In this document: positions 31,369 through 43,455 of the stretch, piece after piece
Layout of the letters: every line of letters starts with the position of its first letter
Position numbering within the stretch: the first letter of the stretch is position 1
Assembly: GCA_965217865.1 (NCBI GenBank)
Contig: CBDCJO010000002.1
Span: 2,528,001 to 2,592,000 of the forward strand
Direction of reading: 5' to 3'
From: Candidatus Latescibacterota bacterium
GTDB lineage: Bacteria; Latescibacterota; UBA2968; SICM01
Length of the DNA stretch: 64,000 nucleotides
Program-made: the position numbers and the translations under genes
The notes under the pieces: generated by a model
What the model was told of the DNA's origin: nothing
Seen by the model: the letters and a program-made list of their open reading frames with translations, nothing else
The model's database searches: none

Positions 31369-33595
31369 TCAACCATTCATCAAACCTGAAAAAGAACCCC
31401 GAATCAGAAAAGTCCGCAAAGGGGAAACTGAAACTTTGATTCCCTTCCCCACCGTTGTGACCTCCGGGGCCGGTTCCCCATCTAAAAAATAAGGATAGGT
31501 GTCGAAAAGGACTTCCATATTCCCCCGGACGCCCCACCTTACCCTGAAGGTGATTCAACTCGCAGGTCACCCGCCTGGTATGACGGGGATCCAGATTGTG
31601 AACGACCAGAAGCCAGGAATCTGAGGTATACCGGGTGTAAGCCAGGACTTGGTCGTCGGGATCTCCGCCGTCGAATTCATTTCGATGAAAATAGATCCGT
31701 CCTTCCCGGATCTCCGAAAGTCCCGGTTTGATACGGTGCCAGGTCTCGTAAGCCGCCGCCAAACAGAGGCGGGGTGTTCCCCTCGAAAGATCCATTTGAT
31801 AGAGCGTCGGATTTTCAAAATCCGTGGCCTTCTCCTCCCCCCACGTCGTCCCCAATTCCAGGGCATACGAGAGATTTACGTGGATAGCGGACCCTGCCGA
31901 GGCATCGATCAGGGAGGCCTGGATATTCTTGAGCAGCGCCATAACCAGCGCCGGATCCGCCCGACCTGTCCTTTCCCGCCACGCGCGTTTCAACTCGGTT
32001 GCCTCCTGTAAAAGGGAGGCAAATCTCTCCCGCCATACACGGGTCCCCCGGGGGGTGTCGTGGTTTTCGAAATAAGCCACCGCCACAGTTCGATTTGCGA
32101 AAGTCCCTGAAGTCCTCTCCAGAAAATCAATCAACGGACTCGCATGCTCGGTTTCCCGATGGAAATCGACCAGCAGTGCATAGATCATATCCGTGGGGAT
32201 GTCCACCGCCTCCTGTAGATCACACAGCGTCTCTCCGAGGACAATGGCATCATCCTTTACCTGGTTTATTCGGTTCTTGATCTGTTTTAAAAAGGGGCGA
32301 TCCACGGTCTGGCTCGCATCGATCCTCACCCCATCCAGGTCGCACGTCTGAATCCAGAAAGGGGCAACCGCCGAGAGGTAGTTTTGAAGCGGCTTATTAA
32401 ACTGGAGATCCAGAAGGGCCACGTCGGAATATACCAGCCAGGCGATCTGGTGAATCTTCGGACTTCCCGACGCGTCCAGAACATACCACTCGGGATGTGT
32501 TTGAATCAACGGACAATCCCGACTGGTCTGCATCAAAACGAGATCAAAAATGACCCGCTTTCCGAGTTCGTGTGCGCGACGGGTCAACCGGCGAAGTTCC
32601 GCCCGGCCCACAAGCTGCACAAGCCGATCCCGACCCACCCAATCCGAAAGCGCTTCGAACGTCTCGAAGTGGTTGAAGTCGTTCACCCGGCGCAACCGGA
32701 CCTGTTGCCGGCCATCCAGAAGATCGCTCAAATCAAAATCTCTAATCAAACCTTCCGAAGCCAATTCGAGAAGATCGGCTTCCTCCGGGGGACTCACCAG
32801 TAGGGGATCGAGTTTGAAAAAATCCTTCACGGCATAAACACTTCCCAGTTTCCCCTTGCGAACGTCTTTCCCCGTCGTGAGATCCTTAAATCCGGGTTCG
32901 AAGAACGGCAACAGGTAGACCACATCCGTCGGACTCTCATCCAGAAACCGGGTCACATCCCGAAACATCCCGCTCAAGAACCTCCCGTCCTGTATTTTCG
33001 CACCCGCCTTACGGACACAGATCTCTGTGATCGAAAGGCATCGCTCAATCTGTTCGGGACTCACGACAATCAATCCGTCGCGGTTAAGGGTTACATCGTT
33101 GACCAAAATCCAGGCCTTAGAGGGGTCGGAATCAGATTTTTCATCCGCAGAAAATCCCACCGTATAATGGAATACCCCTGTCCGTTCAACCCGGATTACG
33201 TCAGATGCAAACACCAGGTTATTTCCAGAGAGTTCCGGAACGCCTTCCGCGTCCACCAAAAGATACATGGGGGAATAAAACCCCAGGCCGTTGTGATGCA
33301 CGCCCCGTTCATCGATAAACCCCAGGTCGTTCACGTCCGTCCAGAGATGCACATCGATATCCCTCGCACGGATGGCCTTCGACTCCACATCCCGCAGATA
33401 AAGCTCCGCCCGGACCTGAGCTTCCACCCTTGTTCGATTCGGTCCCAGATATGCCCGCGCCATCGTAGGGCCGTATCGAATCCCATCCAGGTCCACGGAC
33501 AGATTCCCCATCCAGACATCGCGGTTGTCAAACGTCCGAGGGGTGTAGGTTTCGTGGAGCTTTCGGTAGATCTGTTTTCGGATCCCGGTCATCAT
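31369..33595 (-). CDS. GH13 alpha-amylase-family protein (frameshift near 31525)
   Basis: GSVYAVKDF, VIFDLV, DGVRID, ENHD motifs; alternative frame EVLFDTYPYFL...GLMNG* gives a stop at 31369. Confidence 0.75.
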
Positions 33596-33620
33596 CCTGC
33601 CTTTGAGGTCGGATTCCAGC

Positions 33621-33944
33621 TTACCGAGGGCCAGGGTAGAACTCGGCCCCCCGCACAATCATATCCTGTTGCTTTATCACGAGGTCCTTGACCCTCGGAA
33701 GATATTCACCAGACCATCGGGGGTCACTTCTAACCGACTGGCGTGCCTTTTCAAAATGCGCATAATCCTCATATGCCCAGATATGGATCACCCTGTTGAG
33801 CGGACCCACGTCCGTGTAATACCATCCCGCCAAGCGGACCCCGTGATCCTCCCGGATCTTGAGCGCCACCTCTCCAACCGCCTTCATGTACTCAGGAACT
33901 GATCCGGGTTTCAAGTCGTATATTCTCATATCATAGATCATCAT
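33621..33944 (-). CDS. NIPSNAP family protein
   Basis: IYDMRIYDLKPG, VGPLNRVIHIWAY motifs. Confidence 0.88.
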   Translation of the reverse strand: MMIYDMRIYDLKPGSVPEYMKAVGEVALKIREDHGVRLAGWYYTDVGPLNRVIHIWAYEDYAHFEKARQSVRSDPRWSGEYLPRVKDLVIKQQDMIVRGAEFYPGPR

Positions 33945-34242
33945 GAACCTCCTCGGAAGGGGCATAGACCAAGCTATGCGAAAAGGTTGTCTCTGGAATC
34001 CACTAACGATCAATCGGAATTGAAAAACCCAGCTAATATTGCCTCTCCCGGATCGGAAGTCAAGGCCAGATCCCAAGGGCGTCCTCTCCATTGAGGAGGG
34101 TATTTTACTTGACATCCCGTGCGGAGTCCCCTTTATTCGCTTGAATCTACAATCCTGGTTCTTCAGTTACCGATGGGGCATGCTTCGTAGGTCCGGGGTG
34201 TGCCTATTTTCATTTTGATCGGCATATTTCGAGGAGGAACAT

Positions 34243-36897
34243 ATGAAAAGCGGCATCCTTTACGCGATCGGTTTTGTTCTGACGATCTCGGTTCCCCAGG
34301 CGGTGGCCCAGGGGAAGACGGATGAATCAAGCGATTCCACCCAAGTAAAACCCGAGGGCGAAAAAGCCGAAAAGGAGAAAAAAGAGGATAAAAAAAAGGG
34401 GAAATCCTTCGATGAAGTGGTAAAGGATTTCCAGGCGATCGATGGCCTTTTCAGGCTTTATCACAATCCCGAAGACAATAAGGTATTCCTCGAATTAACG
34501 ACAGATCAGCTGGATAAAATTTTCCTCTGTTCGATCTCACGGGAAGTGGGCGACGGGACCTACTTCGATTCCGCCGCCATGATCGGGAGGTTTCCGTTCA
34601 TCTTCAAGCGGGTTGGTGAAAAAATTCTATTCATCCACAAAAACGTTTATTTCCGGGCAGACAAGGATACCGCCATCCATCGTGCTGTTGTCCGGGGAGT
34701 CGCCAACTCCATCGTGGGTTCTGCAAAGATCGAGAGTCGACCCCATACAGAGCGGGGCAGCATCCTGGTCAATCCCAGCGGTTTCTTCGTGCAAGACATT
34801 GCCATGGTCGGCCATATCTTCAACGAGTATATCAAAAGCGTGAAGTATAACTTCGACAAAGAAAACAGCTATTTCGAGAAGTTAAAATCATTCTCGGGCA
34901 ACACGGAAATTGAGGTGGCACTCCATTTTGTCAGTTCCAACCCCAAACCATCTCCAACGATCCCGGATCCCCGCAGTTTTCAACACGTCTACCACTACAG
35001 CCTCTCAAACCTCCCGCAATCCGATTATCGGCCGCGGGCTGCCGACGATCGCATCGGTCATTTCCTGACGATGTATCAGGACTATAACTCGGTACTTCGG
35101 GATACGCCTTATATTCGAAACATCAATCGTTGGCATCTCAAAAAGGCAGAACCCGGTTTCCGACTTTCTCCGCCCAGAAAGCCGATCACCTTTTGGCTTG
35201 AAAACACAATCCCCGTCGAATTTCGAGAACCCGTGAGAGAAGGGGTTTTGCTATGGAACAAAGCCTTTGAGCGAATCGGTTTCAAAGCTGCCATCGAAGT
35301 CAAACAGCAGCCCGACGACGCGGACTGGGATCCGGCTGATGCAAGCTACAACACGGTGCGTTGGATGGTACGGCCCGGGGGGGGCTATGCAATAGGTCCC
35401 TCTCATACCGATCCCTTCACGGGACAGATCTACGACGCGGACATCCGGGTCAGCGCGGATATCCTCCGCTATGTATTCATGGGATATGAAGAGTTGGTTA
35501 AGCCGGTGGCCGTGGGTGACTCGATTACATCCGGGATCCCGGGAACCTTTTCCTCTGGTCGTTGCGATCTGGGCGTAGGGGTGGCTCAACAGGCCGCATT
35601 CGGGTGGAATCTTCTCAATGCAAGGGGGATCGATGTCGATTCTGAAAAATTTGTCCGCGATTTTCTGGTCATGTTAATCGCCCACGAGGTAGGCCATACG
35701 CTCGGACTGCGGCACAACTTCAAGGCAAGCACCATCCATCTGGTCGATCTTCTCCAGAACAGAAAATTCACCCAGGCCAAAGGGATATCCGGATCCGTGA
35801 TGGACTACAACCCTGCCAACATCGCACCCGAAGGAAAAACCCAGGGGGATTATTTTCAGACCATGCTCGGCCCCTACGATTACTGGGCCATCGAATATGC
35901 CTACAAGCAGATCGATGCAGAAAGCCCGGAAAGCGAAAAGGGGGTTTTGGAGAAAGTCGCATCCCGGGGGACGGAACCTAGCCTTCCCTATGGAACGGAC
36001 GAAGATGCTCTATGGGGTTCGAGGGGGATCGATCCCGAGACCAACCGATGGGATCTGGGCTCGGACCCGATCGCATTCTACAGAAGCCGGATCCGTCTTG
36101 CCAGGGAACTCTGGCGTAAAATGGAGAGCGTATTCGAGAAGGGAGGAGGCCGATACCCCAAGTTCCGCCGTGTGTTTAACAGAGGCTTTGATCAATATCG
36201 CGTCGCAGTCATGAACGTCACCAAATTCATCGGTGGCATCTATCACAGGCGGGATCACATCGGCGATCCGAATGGCCGTGTTCCATTCGAACCGGTTCCC
36301 GCCGTCAAACAGCGGGAGGCCTTGGAATTCTTGATCGAGAACGTCCTGAGCCGTGACGCCTTTGATTTTCCCCCCCGACTTTTAAACAAACTCGCTCCCG
36401 AGCGCTTCTGGGACTTTTCGGGTACAGTCTTTAAGCTGGAGCGGATCGACTACCCGATACACGAAGTCGTTCTGTCCGTCCAATCAGATCCGCTGAACCG
36501 CCTTTTCGATCCTGTCCGATTGCGGCGTATGCAGGACATCCAGCTTCGCTATGATCTGAATCATGAACCCTTTGAAATGCGGGAAATGTTCGAAGGATTG
36601 AGGCAGACAATCTGGTCGGAGCTTTCGAACTCTCAGAAAATCAATAGCTTCCGCCGTGCCCTTCAGCGGGAACATCTCGACAGGCTCATCGGACTGGTGG
36701 TGGACCCCGCGAAAGGGATTCCGCAAGATGCGACCACATTGGCTCGCGCGGATCTGATCTCGATAAAGGATAATATCGATCCGGTCCTGGCGGGTCCGGA
36801 GGCGGATCCCTTTTCTCGGGCGCACCTGGAGGAAACGCGCGCAAAGATCGAAGCAGCCCTTCAGGCCGGCATCCATCGCAGGATCGGCTTGAATTGA
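34243..36897 (+). CDS. Secreted zinc-dependent metalloprotease (DUF5117/DUF4953, EcxA-like)
   Basis: Signal peptide; HEVGHTLGLRHNF, SVMDY, GPYDYWAIEY motifs. Confidence 0.9.
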   Translation: MKSGILYAIGFVLTISVPQAVAQGKTDESSDSTQVKPEGEKAEKEKKEDKKKGKSFDEVVKDFQAIDGLFRLYHNPEDNKVFLELTTDQLDKIFLCSISREVGDGTYFDSAAMIGRFPFIFKRVGEKILFIHKNVYFRADKDTAIHRAVVRGVANSIVGSAKIESRPHTERGSILVNPSGFFVQDIAMVGHIFNEYIKSVKYNFDKENSYFEKLKSFSGNTEIEVALHFVSSNPKPSPTIPDPRSFQHVYHYSLSNLPQSDYRPRAADDRIGHFLTMYQDYNSVLRDTPYIRNINRWHLKKAEPGFRLSPPRKPITFWLENTIPVEFREPVREGVLLWNKAFERIGFKAAIEVKQQPDDADWDPADASYNTVRWMVRPGGGYAIGPSHTDPFTGQIYDADIRVSADILRYVFMGYEELVKPVAVGDSITSGIPGTFSSGRCDLGVGVAQQAAFGWNLLNARGIDVDSEKFVRDFLVMLIAHEVGHTLGLRHNFKASTIHLVDLLQNRKFTQAKGISGSVMDYNPANIAPEGKTQGDYFQTMLGPYDYWAIEYAYKQIDAESPESEKGVLEKVASRGTEPSLPYGTDEDALWGSRGIDPETNRWDLGSDPIAFYRSRIRLARELWRKMESVFEKGGGRYPKFRRVFNRGFDQYRVAVMNVTKFIGGIYHRRDHIGDPNGRVPFEPVPAVKQREALEFLIENVLSRDAFDFPPRLLNKLAPERFWDFSGTVFKLERIDYPIHEVVLSVQSDPLNRLFDPVRLRRMQDIQLRYDLNHEPFEMREMFEGLRQTIWSELSNSQKINSFRRALQREHLDRLIGLVVDPAKGIPQDATTLARADLISIKDNIDPVLAGPEADPFSRAHLEETRAKIEAALQAGIHRRIGLN

Positions 36898-36909
36898 ACA
36901 CCGATAATC

Positions 36910-39009
36910 ATCTATCACCCCCGACAGGCCTTTCCTCTGACCCTTCCGGAGAGACATCATCTTTCGCAGGAGGACGTGCTCCGGGGCGTTTAGATCCGGA
37001 TCCCCATCGACGATTCGCCCAGCTATCCGCCTGGCTTCGAGGAGCAGGGCGCCATCCCGCACAGGGTGAGCGATGCGCAGCTCTGGAGACCCGGACTGCC
37101 GGGTCCCAAAGAGGTCCCCCGGGCCTCGCAGCTCCAGATCGATCTCCGCCACCTCAAAACCGTTGTCCGTCCGCACCATCGCGTCAAGACGCGCCCGGGC
37201 ATCATCAGACAGAATTCCTCCCGGAGGGTCCGCGATCAAGATACACGTAGACGCCCGCGCACCACGCCCCACACGTCCCCGCAGCTGGTGAAGCTGCGGC
37301 AACCCGAACCTCTCAGCGTGCTCCACGACCAGGATCGAGGCGTTGGGTACGTCCACGCCAACCTCCACAACCGTGGTCGAAATCAGCACGTCGATCTCCC
37401 TCGATTTGAAGGCGGACATCACGCCTTCTTTTTTATCTCGGTTCATCTGACCGTGAATCAACCCCAGGCGGAGACCCGACAGCGGGCCCGTGCTGAGAGC
37501 ATCGTAACCCTCGGTTGCGGCCTTCAGGTCGCTTTTTTCCGATGCCTCAACAAGGGGGAAAACCACGTAGGCCTGTCGTCCTTTAGCGACCTCGTCTCCA
37601 ACGAACGTCAGGATCGAAGCCCGCTTTCCCCCCGTCCGCCAGACCGTCTTTACCGGCTTGCGTCCGGGGGGTCGTTCGTCCAGGACCGAAACATCCAGAT
37701 CACCGTATAAAGTCATTGCCAAAGTCCGGGGGATCGGCGTTGCGGTCATCACGAGAACATCCGGAACCTCCCCTTTTCCTCTCAAGGCCGCCCTTTGAAA
37801 AACCCCGAAGCGATGCTGCTCATCGATGATCACCAGGGCCAACCGCGGGAATCGAACTTCAGCGGACAAGAGCGCATGCGTTCCGATGGTGATGGAGGCT
37901 TCTCCGGATGCTATCTCCTTCAGGGCGGACCGTCGTTCGATCGAGGACATTCCCCCCACAAGGAGGACGACTTTGACACCCATTGCCGATACGAGATCCT
38001 GGATGTTTGCCATATGTTGGTCAGCCAGGATTTCCGTGGGCGCCATAATTGCCACCTGAAGACCTTCCGATACGGCCATCAAGGCGGCGAGCAAAGCGAC
38101 GATGGTCTTCCCGGCACCAACCTCACCGTGCAGAAGCCGATTCATCGGGTGGGGCTTTTTCATGTCGGCGATGATCTCTTCGAACGTTCGATGTTGTGCG
38201 TCGGTCAGATCGAATGGCAGAGCGGCAACCAATCGGCGAGCCAGGTTTTCCGATCCGGCGGACACAAACCCGGGCTCAAGCCTCCTCCTTCCCCGTTCCA
38301 TAGTGAGCGCAATCTGCATCAGAAGGAGCTCATCGAACGCCAGACGTCTTCGAGCCTCCCCGGCCTGATCTTCTTTGTCCGGAAAATGGACACGACTCAA
38401 AGCTTCGGTCAGCCCCATCAATCCCGTTTCAGACAGGATCCGCTCGGGGAGCGGTTCCGGAACCTTGGAGATAAATCCTTCTAACGCAGTGCGAACGAAC
38501 CTCCGCAACCCCCGGCTGTCGAGCCCCCCCTCCTTCATCTTATCGGTCGTCATATAGATCGGAACGATCCCCCCCACACGACGAAGTTCTTCGCCCCCGG
38601 AGGCTAGGATCTCGAACTCCGGATGGGTCATCTGGGGTCTCCCCCCATAGCGCATCACCTTCCCGCCCACAGCGACCATGTCTCCGGCTTGAATCACCTT
38701 TCCGATAAACCCGAGCCTGCCAAACCAGATACATTCGATAAGTTCGGTCCCGACTTCGAGCTTCATCACGAATCCGGGGCGCTTTCCCCGGAGATAAACC
38801 GATGAGACAACGCGACCGACGACCGTTGTCTCCGTTCCTGAAGGCAGGTCGGAGAGTTGTGCAACCGTTCTACGGTCGATGTGCCGCCTGGGGATTCGGA
38901 GCAGGAGGTCCGATATCGTTCCCACCCCCACCGAATTCAGAAGGGCTGCCCGCTTTTCTCCGATTCCGCGGACTTGATCAACCGGAAGGTTCAGGGCTGG
39001 AATCACCAC
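36910..39009 (-). CDS. recG: ATP-dependent DNA helicase RecG (true stop probably near 36912)
   Basis: GEVGAGKT, IDEQHRFG, MTATPIPRT, QLRGRVGRG motifs; the called ORF runs on antisense into the protease gene. Confidence 0.93.
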
Positions 39010-39196
39010 ATCTGAGACCTTTCATAGTGAGGGGGGCCAGGGTGTTAACACGATGTTTAATAATTCAGAAAAATGCGGATCAACTCTTTCAAAGTCAAGA
39101 CCATGGCCAAAGGGCCCCCGGTGAATTCGCTTGACGCCTTCGCTACGATTTAATATATTGACCGTGATTAAAAATCTTTTCCCCGAAGGAGCCACG

Positions 39197-39694
39197 ATGG
39201 TTCACGCCGCAGTCACAGGCCTCTATATCGATCCCAAAATGGATACCATGGCTATTGTACTTTTGAAAGAGGTCAAGGGGGATCGTACCCTGCCCATTTA
39301 CATCGAAATAAATCTGGCGATGGCCATCGCGATGGAATTGAAAAAGACAAAAAATGGGTTTGGAAGGCCTCAGGCCCACGATTTGATCGCAACCGTAGTC
39401 AATTCGCTTCATTCTCGAATCGTCAGGGTCCTCATCTCAGACCTCAAGGAAAGAGTCTATTACGCACGTATCTTACTGGAATCCTCCACGGGGTTGCTCG
39501 AGATTGACGCGCGTCCCAGCGATTCGATCGTGCTCGCCCTCAAGTCAAAGGCCCCGATTATGATCGATGAAGTCGTATTCGATAAAAGGGCGAAAGATGG
39601 CTCTGAATCCGATGGAGAATGGGGCCAGGATCTGCGGGACCGGATTCGGCAGATCCCACCCGAAGACTTTGGAAATTTTAGTCTTAATTCATAA
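39197..39694 (+). CDS. Bifunctional nuclease family (DUF151)
   Basis: RTLPIYI, RP..HDL, IDARPSDSI motifs. Confidence 0.88.
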   Translation: MVHAAVTGLYIDPKMDTMAIVLLKEVKGDRTLPIYIEINLAMAIAMELKKTKNGFGRPQAHDLIATVVNSLHSRIVRVLISDLKERVYYARILLESSTGLLEIDARPSDSIVLALKSKAPIMIDEVVFDKRAKDGSESDGEWGQDLRDRIRQIPPEDFGNFSLNS

Positions 39695-39802
39695 CCTGCC
39701 ACCCATTACCCCCTTCCGATCCCTCCTATGATCCCCATCTCCCCCCGGCTCTCGGTCGAGCGTCTTACGCCCTTCTTGATCCCATCACCAGCCAGTCACA
39801 AA

Positions 39803-41671
39803 ATGGCGACCCTGTCCCTTCCTCTGATACTCGGTCTTCTCCTTTGCCCCCGGATCGCTGTCTCGCAAGTTGATGGAAGCCTCGTTTTTAATCCCAAAGC
39901 GGAGTCGGGGTTCATAAAGGCCCTCGATAGGTATCAGAAAACCGAATTCGTTGAAGCCCGACTCGAATTCCGGGTTCTCACCGACCTCAGGCCGACTCAC
40001 CAGCGGTCCTCTGCATCGGCACTGATGCTGGCCAAGTCGAACTATAAGCTTCAGGAATATAATCTCGCCGTTGCATCCGTGGCGGAACTCTTCGATGCCT
40101 TCCCGAACAGTCGGTATCTTCCGGAAGGCGATCTGGTGATCGGGGATTGCAGATTCCGCCAAGGCGACGTGGAGGGTGCTGCGGACATATATATCAAAGT
40201 CATCAAAGGTGGACACGATGTTCGGCTCAGGGCGAGAGCCGCGGATCGGCTGAGTGAATTGGTCGGGGCGAAACGCCTCTCGGCTGAACGTATAAATCGA
40301 TTAAAACAAGAAATTACCCCCATTCCATACGACGAGGTCATCCAGTTTGGTCAGATTCGATGGGCGTTCAGGCTCGGTTGGATCGATGGTGGAGAAACGA
40401 TGGCCAGAGCCTTCACAAAAAAGTACCCCTACAGCTCCTTTACCGCGCAGGTGGCTTCCCTAATCCGTACCCCACCGATGCCACCATCGTCGACGGCCTC
40501 CCCTCCAGGGAAAGTGAAAGGTAAAGCCAAGGTCGCCGTGATCTGTCCCATGTTGAGAGCTCAAGGAAGGGAACTCCGCGACGGAATCCTGCTTGCGAAG
40601 GAAACGTTCTCCCCGTCCTGCGGTTCTTTGGAGCTTGTCTTCGAAGACTCCAAAGACGACCCCATCACGTCGATCAAACGAGTCCAAAAACTCGCACGGG
40701 ATCCGAACATCGTGGCCATCGTCGGAGATCTGACCAGTCACGCCACGGTGCCCGCAGCAGGAGTGGCCAATGCCGCGAAGATCCCCCTGGTCACTCCAAC
40801 CGCCTCAGAGGATGGAATCGCATCGATCGGGGCCTATATCTTTCAGCTCAATTCCACTCCCGGGATGCAGGGACGCAGGATAGCGGATTCCGCACATCGC
40901 ATTGGCATTAAAACCTTCGTCATTCTGTCATCCCTCGATACCTATGGGAGGCACATGGCCGAGGCATTTTCAAACAGGGTCCGATCCCTTGGGGGGGAGA
41001 TCATCGCGCACGAGAGGTACTCCCCCGGAACGGTCGATTTCCGGAACCAGATTCTCCGCATCCGGGAGGTCGGGGAGGCGCTGATGGAACCGGAGGAGGA
41101 GGTCGAACCGGTCGTCGAATTGCCGGACTCCATCGTAGAGGAACCGGATACTTTGCGAACCATTACCTCGATCGAGGGTCTCCTCGTTGCCACACAATCC
41201 GACGAAGAGGTGATTTTGATATACTCCCAGATCATCTGGCACCGAATCGAGACCCAAATGCTGGGTGGGGATGGTTGGAATTCCCCTCGCGTATCCAGGG
41301 AGATCGGCAGTGTCGTGAAGGAGCCGCTGTTCGTGTCGAAATATTTCGAGGATTCGGCGGATTTTCAAGCGGAATCCTTCAGGGGGGCCTTTCGGAAAAG
41401 ATTCGGCAGGGCACCGAACGTGATCTCCGCTTTAGGCTACGACGCCATGACGTGCATCCTCAAAGCCATGGAAGGCGGGCAGACCACAAGAGAGACGATT
41501 CGAGCAAAGCTATCCGGGGGACTGGACTTTGAAGGGGCAACGGGTCGGGTTCTGTTTGCCCCGGGGAAACGAAAAAATAGCGGGATGTACATCTTGACCA
41601 TAGAGGACGGAATGATACTACCCGAGATTATCTCCGAAGCTGTCGAAGATACCGAAAAGACCGTGGAATAA
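39803..41671 (+). CDS. TPR plus periplasmic binding protein (LivJ/LpoA-like)
   Basis: N-terminal TPR-like helices; AIVGDLTS, LGGDGW, GYDA, FEGATG motifs. Confidence 0.8.
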   Translation: MATLSLPLILGLLLCPRIAVSQVDGSLVFNPKAESGFIKALDRYQKTEFVEARLEFRVLTDLRPTHQRSSASALMLAKSNYKLQEYNLAVASVAELFDAFPNSRYLPEGDLVIGDCRFRQGDVEGAADIYIKVIKGGHDVRLRARAADRLSELVGAKRLSAERINRLKQEITPIPYDEVIQFGQIRWAFRLGWIDGGETMARAFTKKYPYSSFTAQVASLIRTPPMPPSSTASPPGKVKGKAKVAVICPMLRAQGRELRDGILLAKETFSPSCGSLELVFEDSKDDPITSIKRVQKLARDPNIVAIVGDLTSHATVPAAGVANAAKIPLVTPTASEDGIASIGAYIFQLNSTPGMQGRRIADSAHRIGIKTFVILSSLDTYGRHMAEAFSNRVRSLGGEIIAHERYSPGTVDFRNQILRIREVGEALMEPEEEVEPVVELPDSIVEEPDTLRTITSIEGLLVATQSDEEVILIYSQIIWHRIETQMLGGDGWNSPRVSREIGSVVKEPLFVSKYFEDSADFQAESFRGAFRKRFGRAPNVISALGYDAMTCILKAMEGGQTTRETIRAKLSGGLDFEGATGRVLFAPGKRKNSGMYILTIEDGMILPEIISEAVEDTEKTVE

Positions 41672-41749
41672 TTTCAGGGGCCGACTCCCTCACAGGCGCG
41701 AACCAACCAAGCTTGGACTTAACTGGAGACCCCCTTGGAGGACAAAGAG

Positions 41750-43347
41750 ATGGAACACGGGATAGATTTTCGCCAGTCTGTTGAACAGCTTTGCAAAATC
41801 GGCCTGGCCCTCTCGAGCCAGCAGGACCTGAATGTCCTTCTCGAGATGATCGTCGATCAATCGCGGGCATTTACCAGCGCGGATGCAGGAACACTCTATA
41901 TCGTTCGGCCCGATAAAAAAGACATCACTTTCGAGGTGATACAGAACGACACCTTCAATGTCCGAATGGGTGGGACGGCGGAGGCCCGGGTCACATTCCC
42001 TCCCGTCGCCCTTTCGGTCGATGGCCAGGCCAACATGTCAAACGTCTCGGCCTACGTCGCGAATACCGGAGAGATCGTCAACATTCCGGACGTGTACGAA
42101 GCGGAGGGGTTCGACTTCACAGGACCCCGCCGCTATGACCAGCAGAGCGGATATCGTTCCAAATCCATGCTGGTGATCCCTATGAAGAATCACGAGGACG
42201 AGATTATCGGAGTGCTCCAACTCATCAATGCCCAAATCCCGAACACGAAAGAGATCATTGCATTTGCTCCGGAACTGGTTGAACTGGCAGAACCATTAGC
42301 CTCGATGGCCGCAGTGGCCATATCAAACGTGCGGCTTATCAGAGATCTCGAGAACCTTTTTGAGGCCTTCATCAAAACGATCGCCGCGGGGATCGACGAA
42401 AAATCGAAGTATACGGGGGACATATCCGGCGTGTCACCGAACTGACCGTAGCTATCGCCCGCCAGGTCAATAAAACTCAGGAAGGTCCCCTCGGTTATGT
42501 TGAAATGACACCCGAGGAGATAAACGAACTTCGGACAGCTGCCTGGATGCACGATGTAGGGAAGATCACGACTCCGGAGTATGTCGTGGACAAGGCGTGC
42601 AAACTGGAAACCATCTTCGACCGGATCGAGCTGGTCCGAACGCGTTTCGAACTTGCCCAGCGTGAAGTGGAGCTGGATAGCCTGCGGCGGCAGGTGGATC
42701 TCCTCAAGTCCGGCCGGATCGAGGATGAACGGATCACGAAGATAGAACAGGAGACTGTGAACAAAACCAAAGCCATTCAAGCCGACTTCGACTTCCTCGA
42801 GCTGTGCAACAAAGGCGGTGAATTCATGGCGGATGAGAAGATCGACAGGTTGAAGGAGATCGCCTCCGGAACGGTAAAGCTTAGGGGAGACACGATGCCC
42901 TTACTGACGGAAGACGAAGTTTACAACATGTCGATTCGAAAAGGCACTCTCACTTCCGAGGAAATGAACATAATGCGCAATCACGCGGCGGTCAGCATCA
43001 AGATGCTGTCCCAACTCCCCTTCTCCAGAAAGTTGCGCAAAGTACCCGGTTATGCCGGTGGCCATCACGAGTGCCTGAACGGAAAGGGTTACCCCCAAGG
43101 TTTGACAGCGGACAGCCTCCCCCTCCAGGCACGGATTATGGCAATCGCCGATATTTTCGAGGCCCTCACCGCGCACGACCGGCCTTACAAAAGGGCGATG
43201 CCCTTGTCGGTCGCTCTAAAAATCCTTCGAAACATGGTGGAGGAGGGCAACCTCGATGCGGACATCGTCGGGCTATGTTTGAAGGAAGGTGTCCTTTTGG
43301 ATTATGCCAGGCGGGAGTTGAATCCAGAACAGATAGATCTGAACTGA
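41750..43347 (+). CDS. GAF plus HD-GYP phosphodiesterase (1-nt frameshift in G-run at 42415-42419)
   Basis: Adding one G gives YTGGHIRRV; MHDVGK, HHECLNGKGYP, ADIFEALT..RPYK motifs. Confidence 0.9.
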
Positions 43348-43455
43348 ATGCCCCGCCGGACGGTTCATCACTCCCCGCCGGCACTCAAACTTCCTCCCAT
43401 CGCATCCCCGCCTCAATAGTTTTCGGATCATCCCAGAATCGTCCCGGGCTAACGA

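Noticed and set aside
36484-36909. C-terminal extension of RecG overlapping the protease gene
   Set aside because: Antisense read-through, most simply explained by an indel near the G-run at ~36920
42410-42425. Programmed frameshift in the HD-GYP gene
   Set aside because: A single missing G in a homopolymer; similar indels occur in IS copy 2 and elsewhere, typical of long-read error
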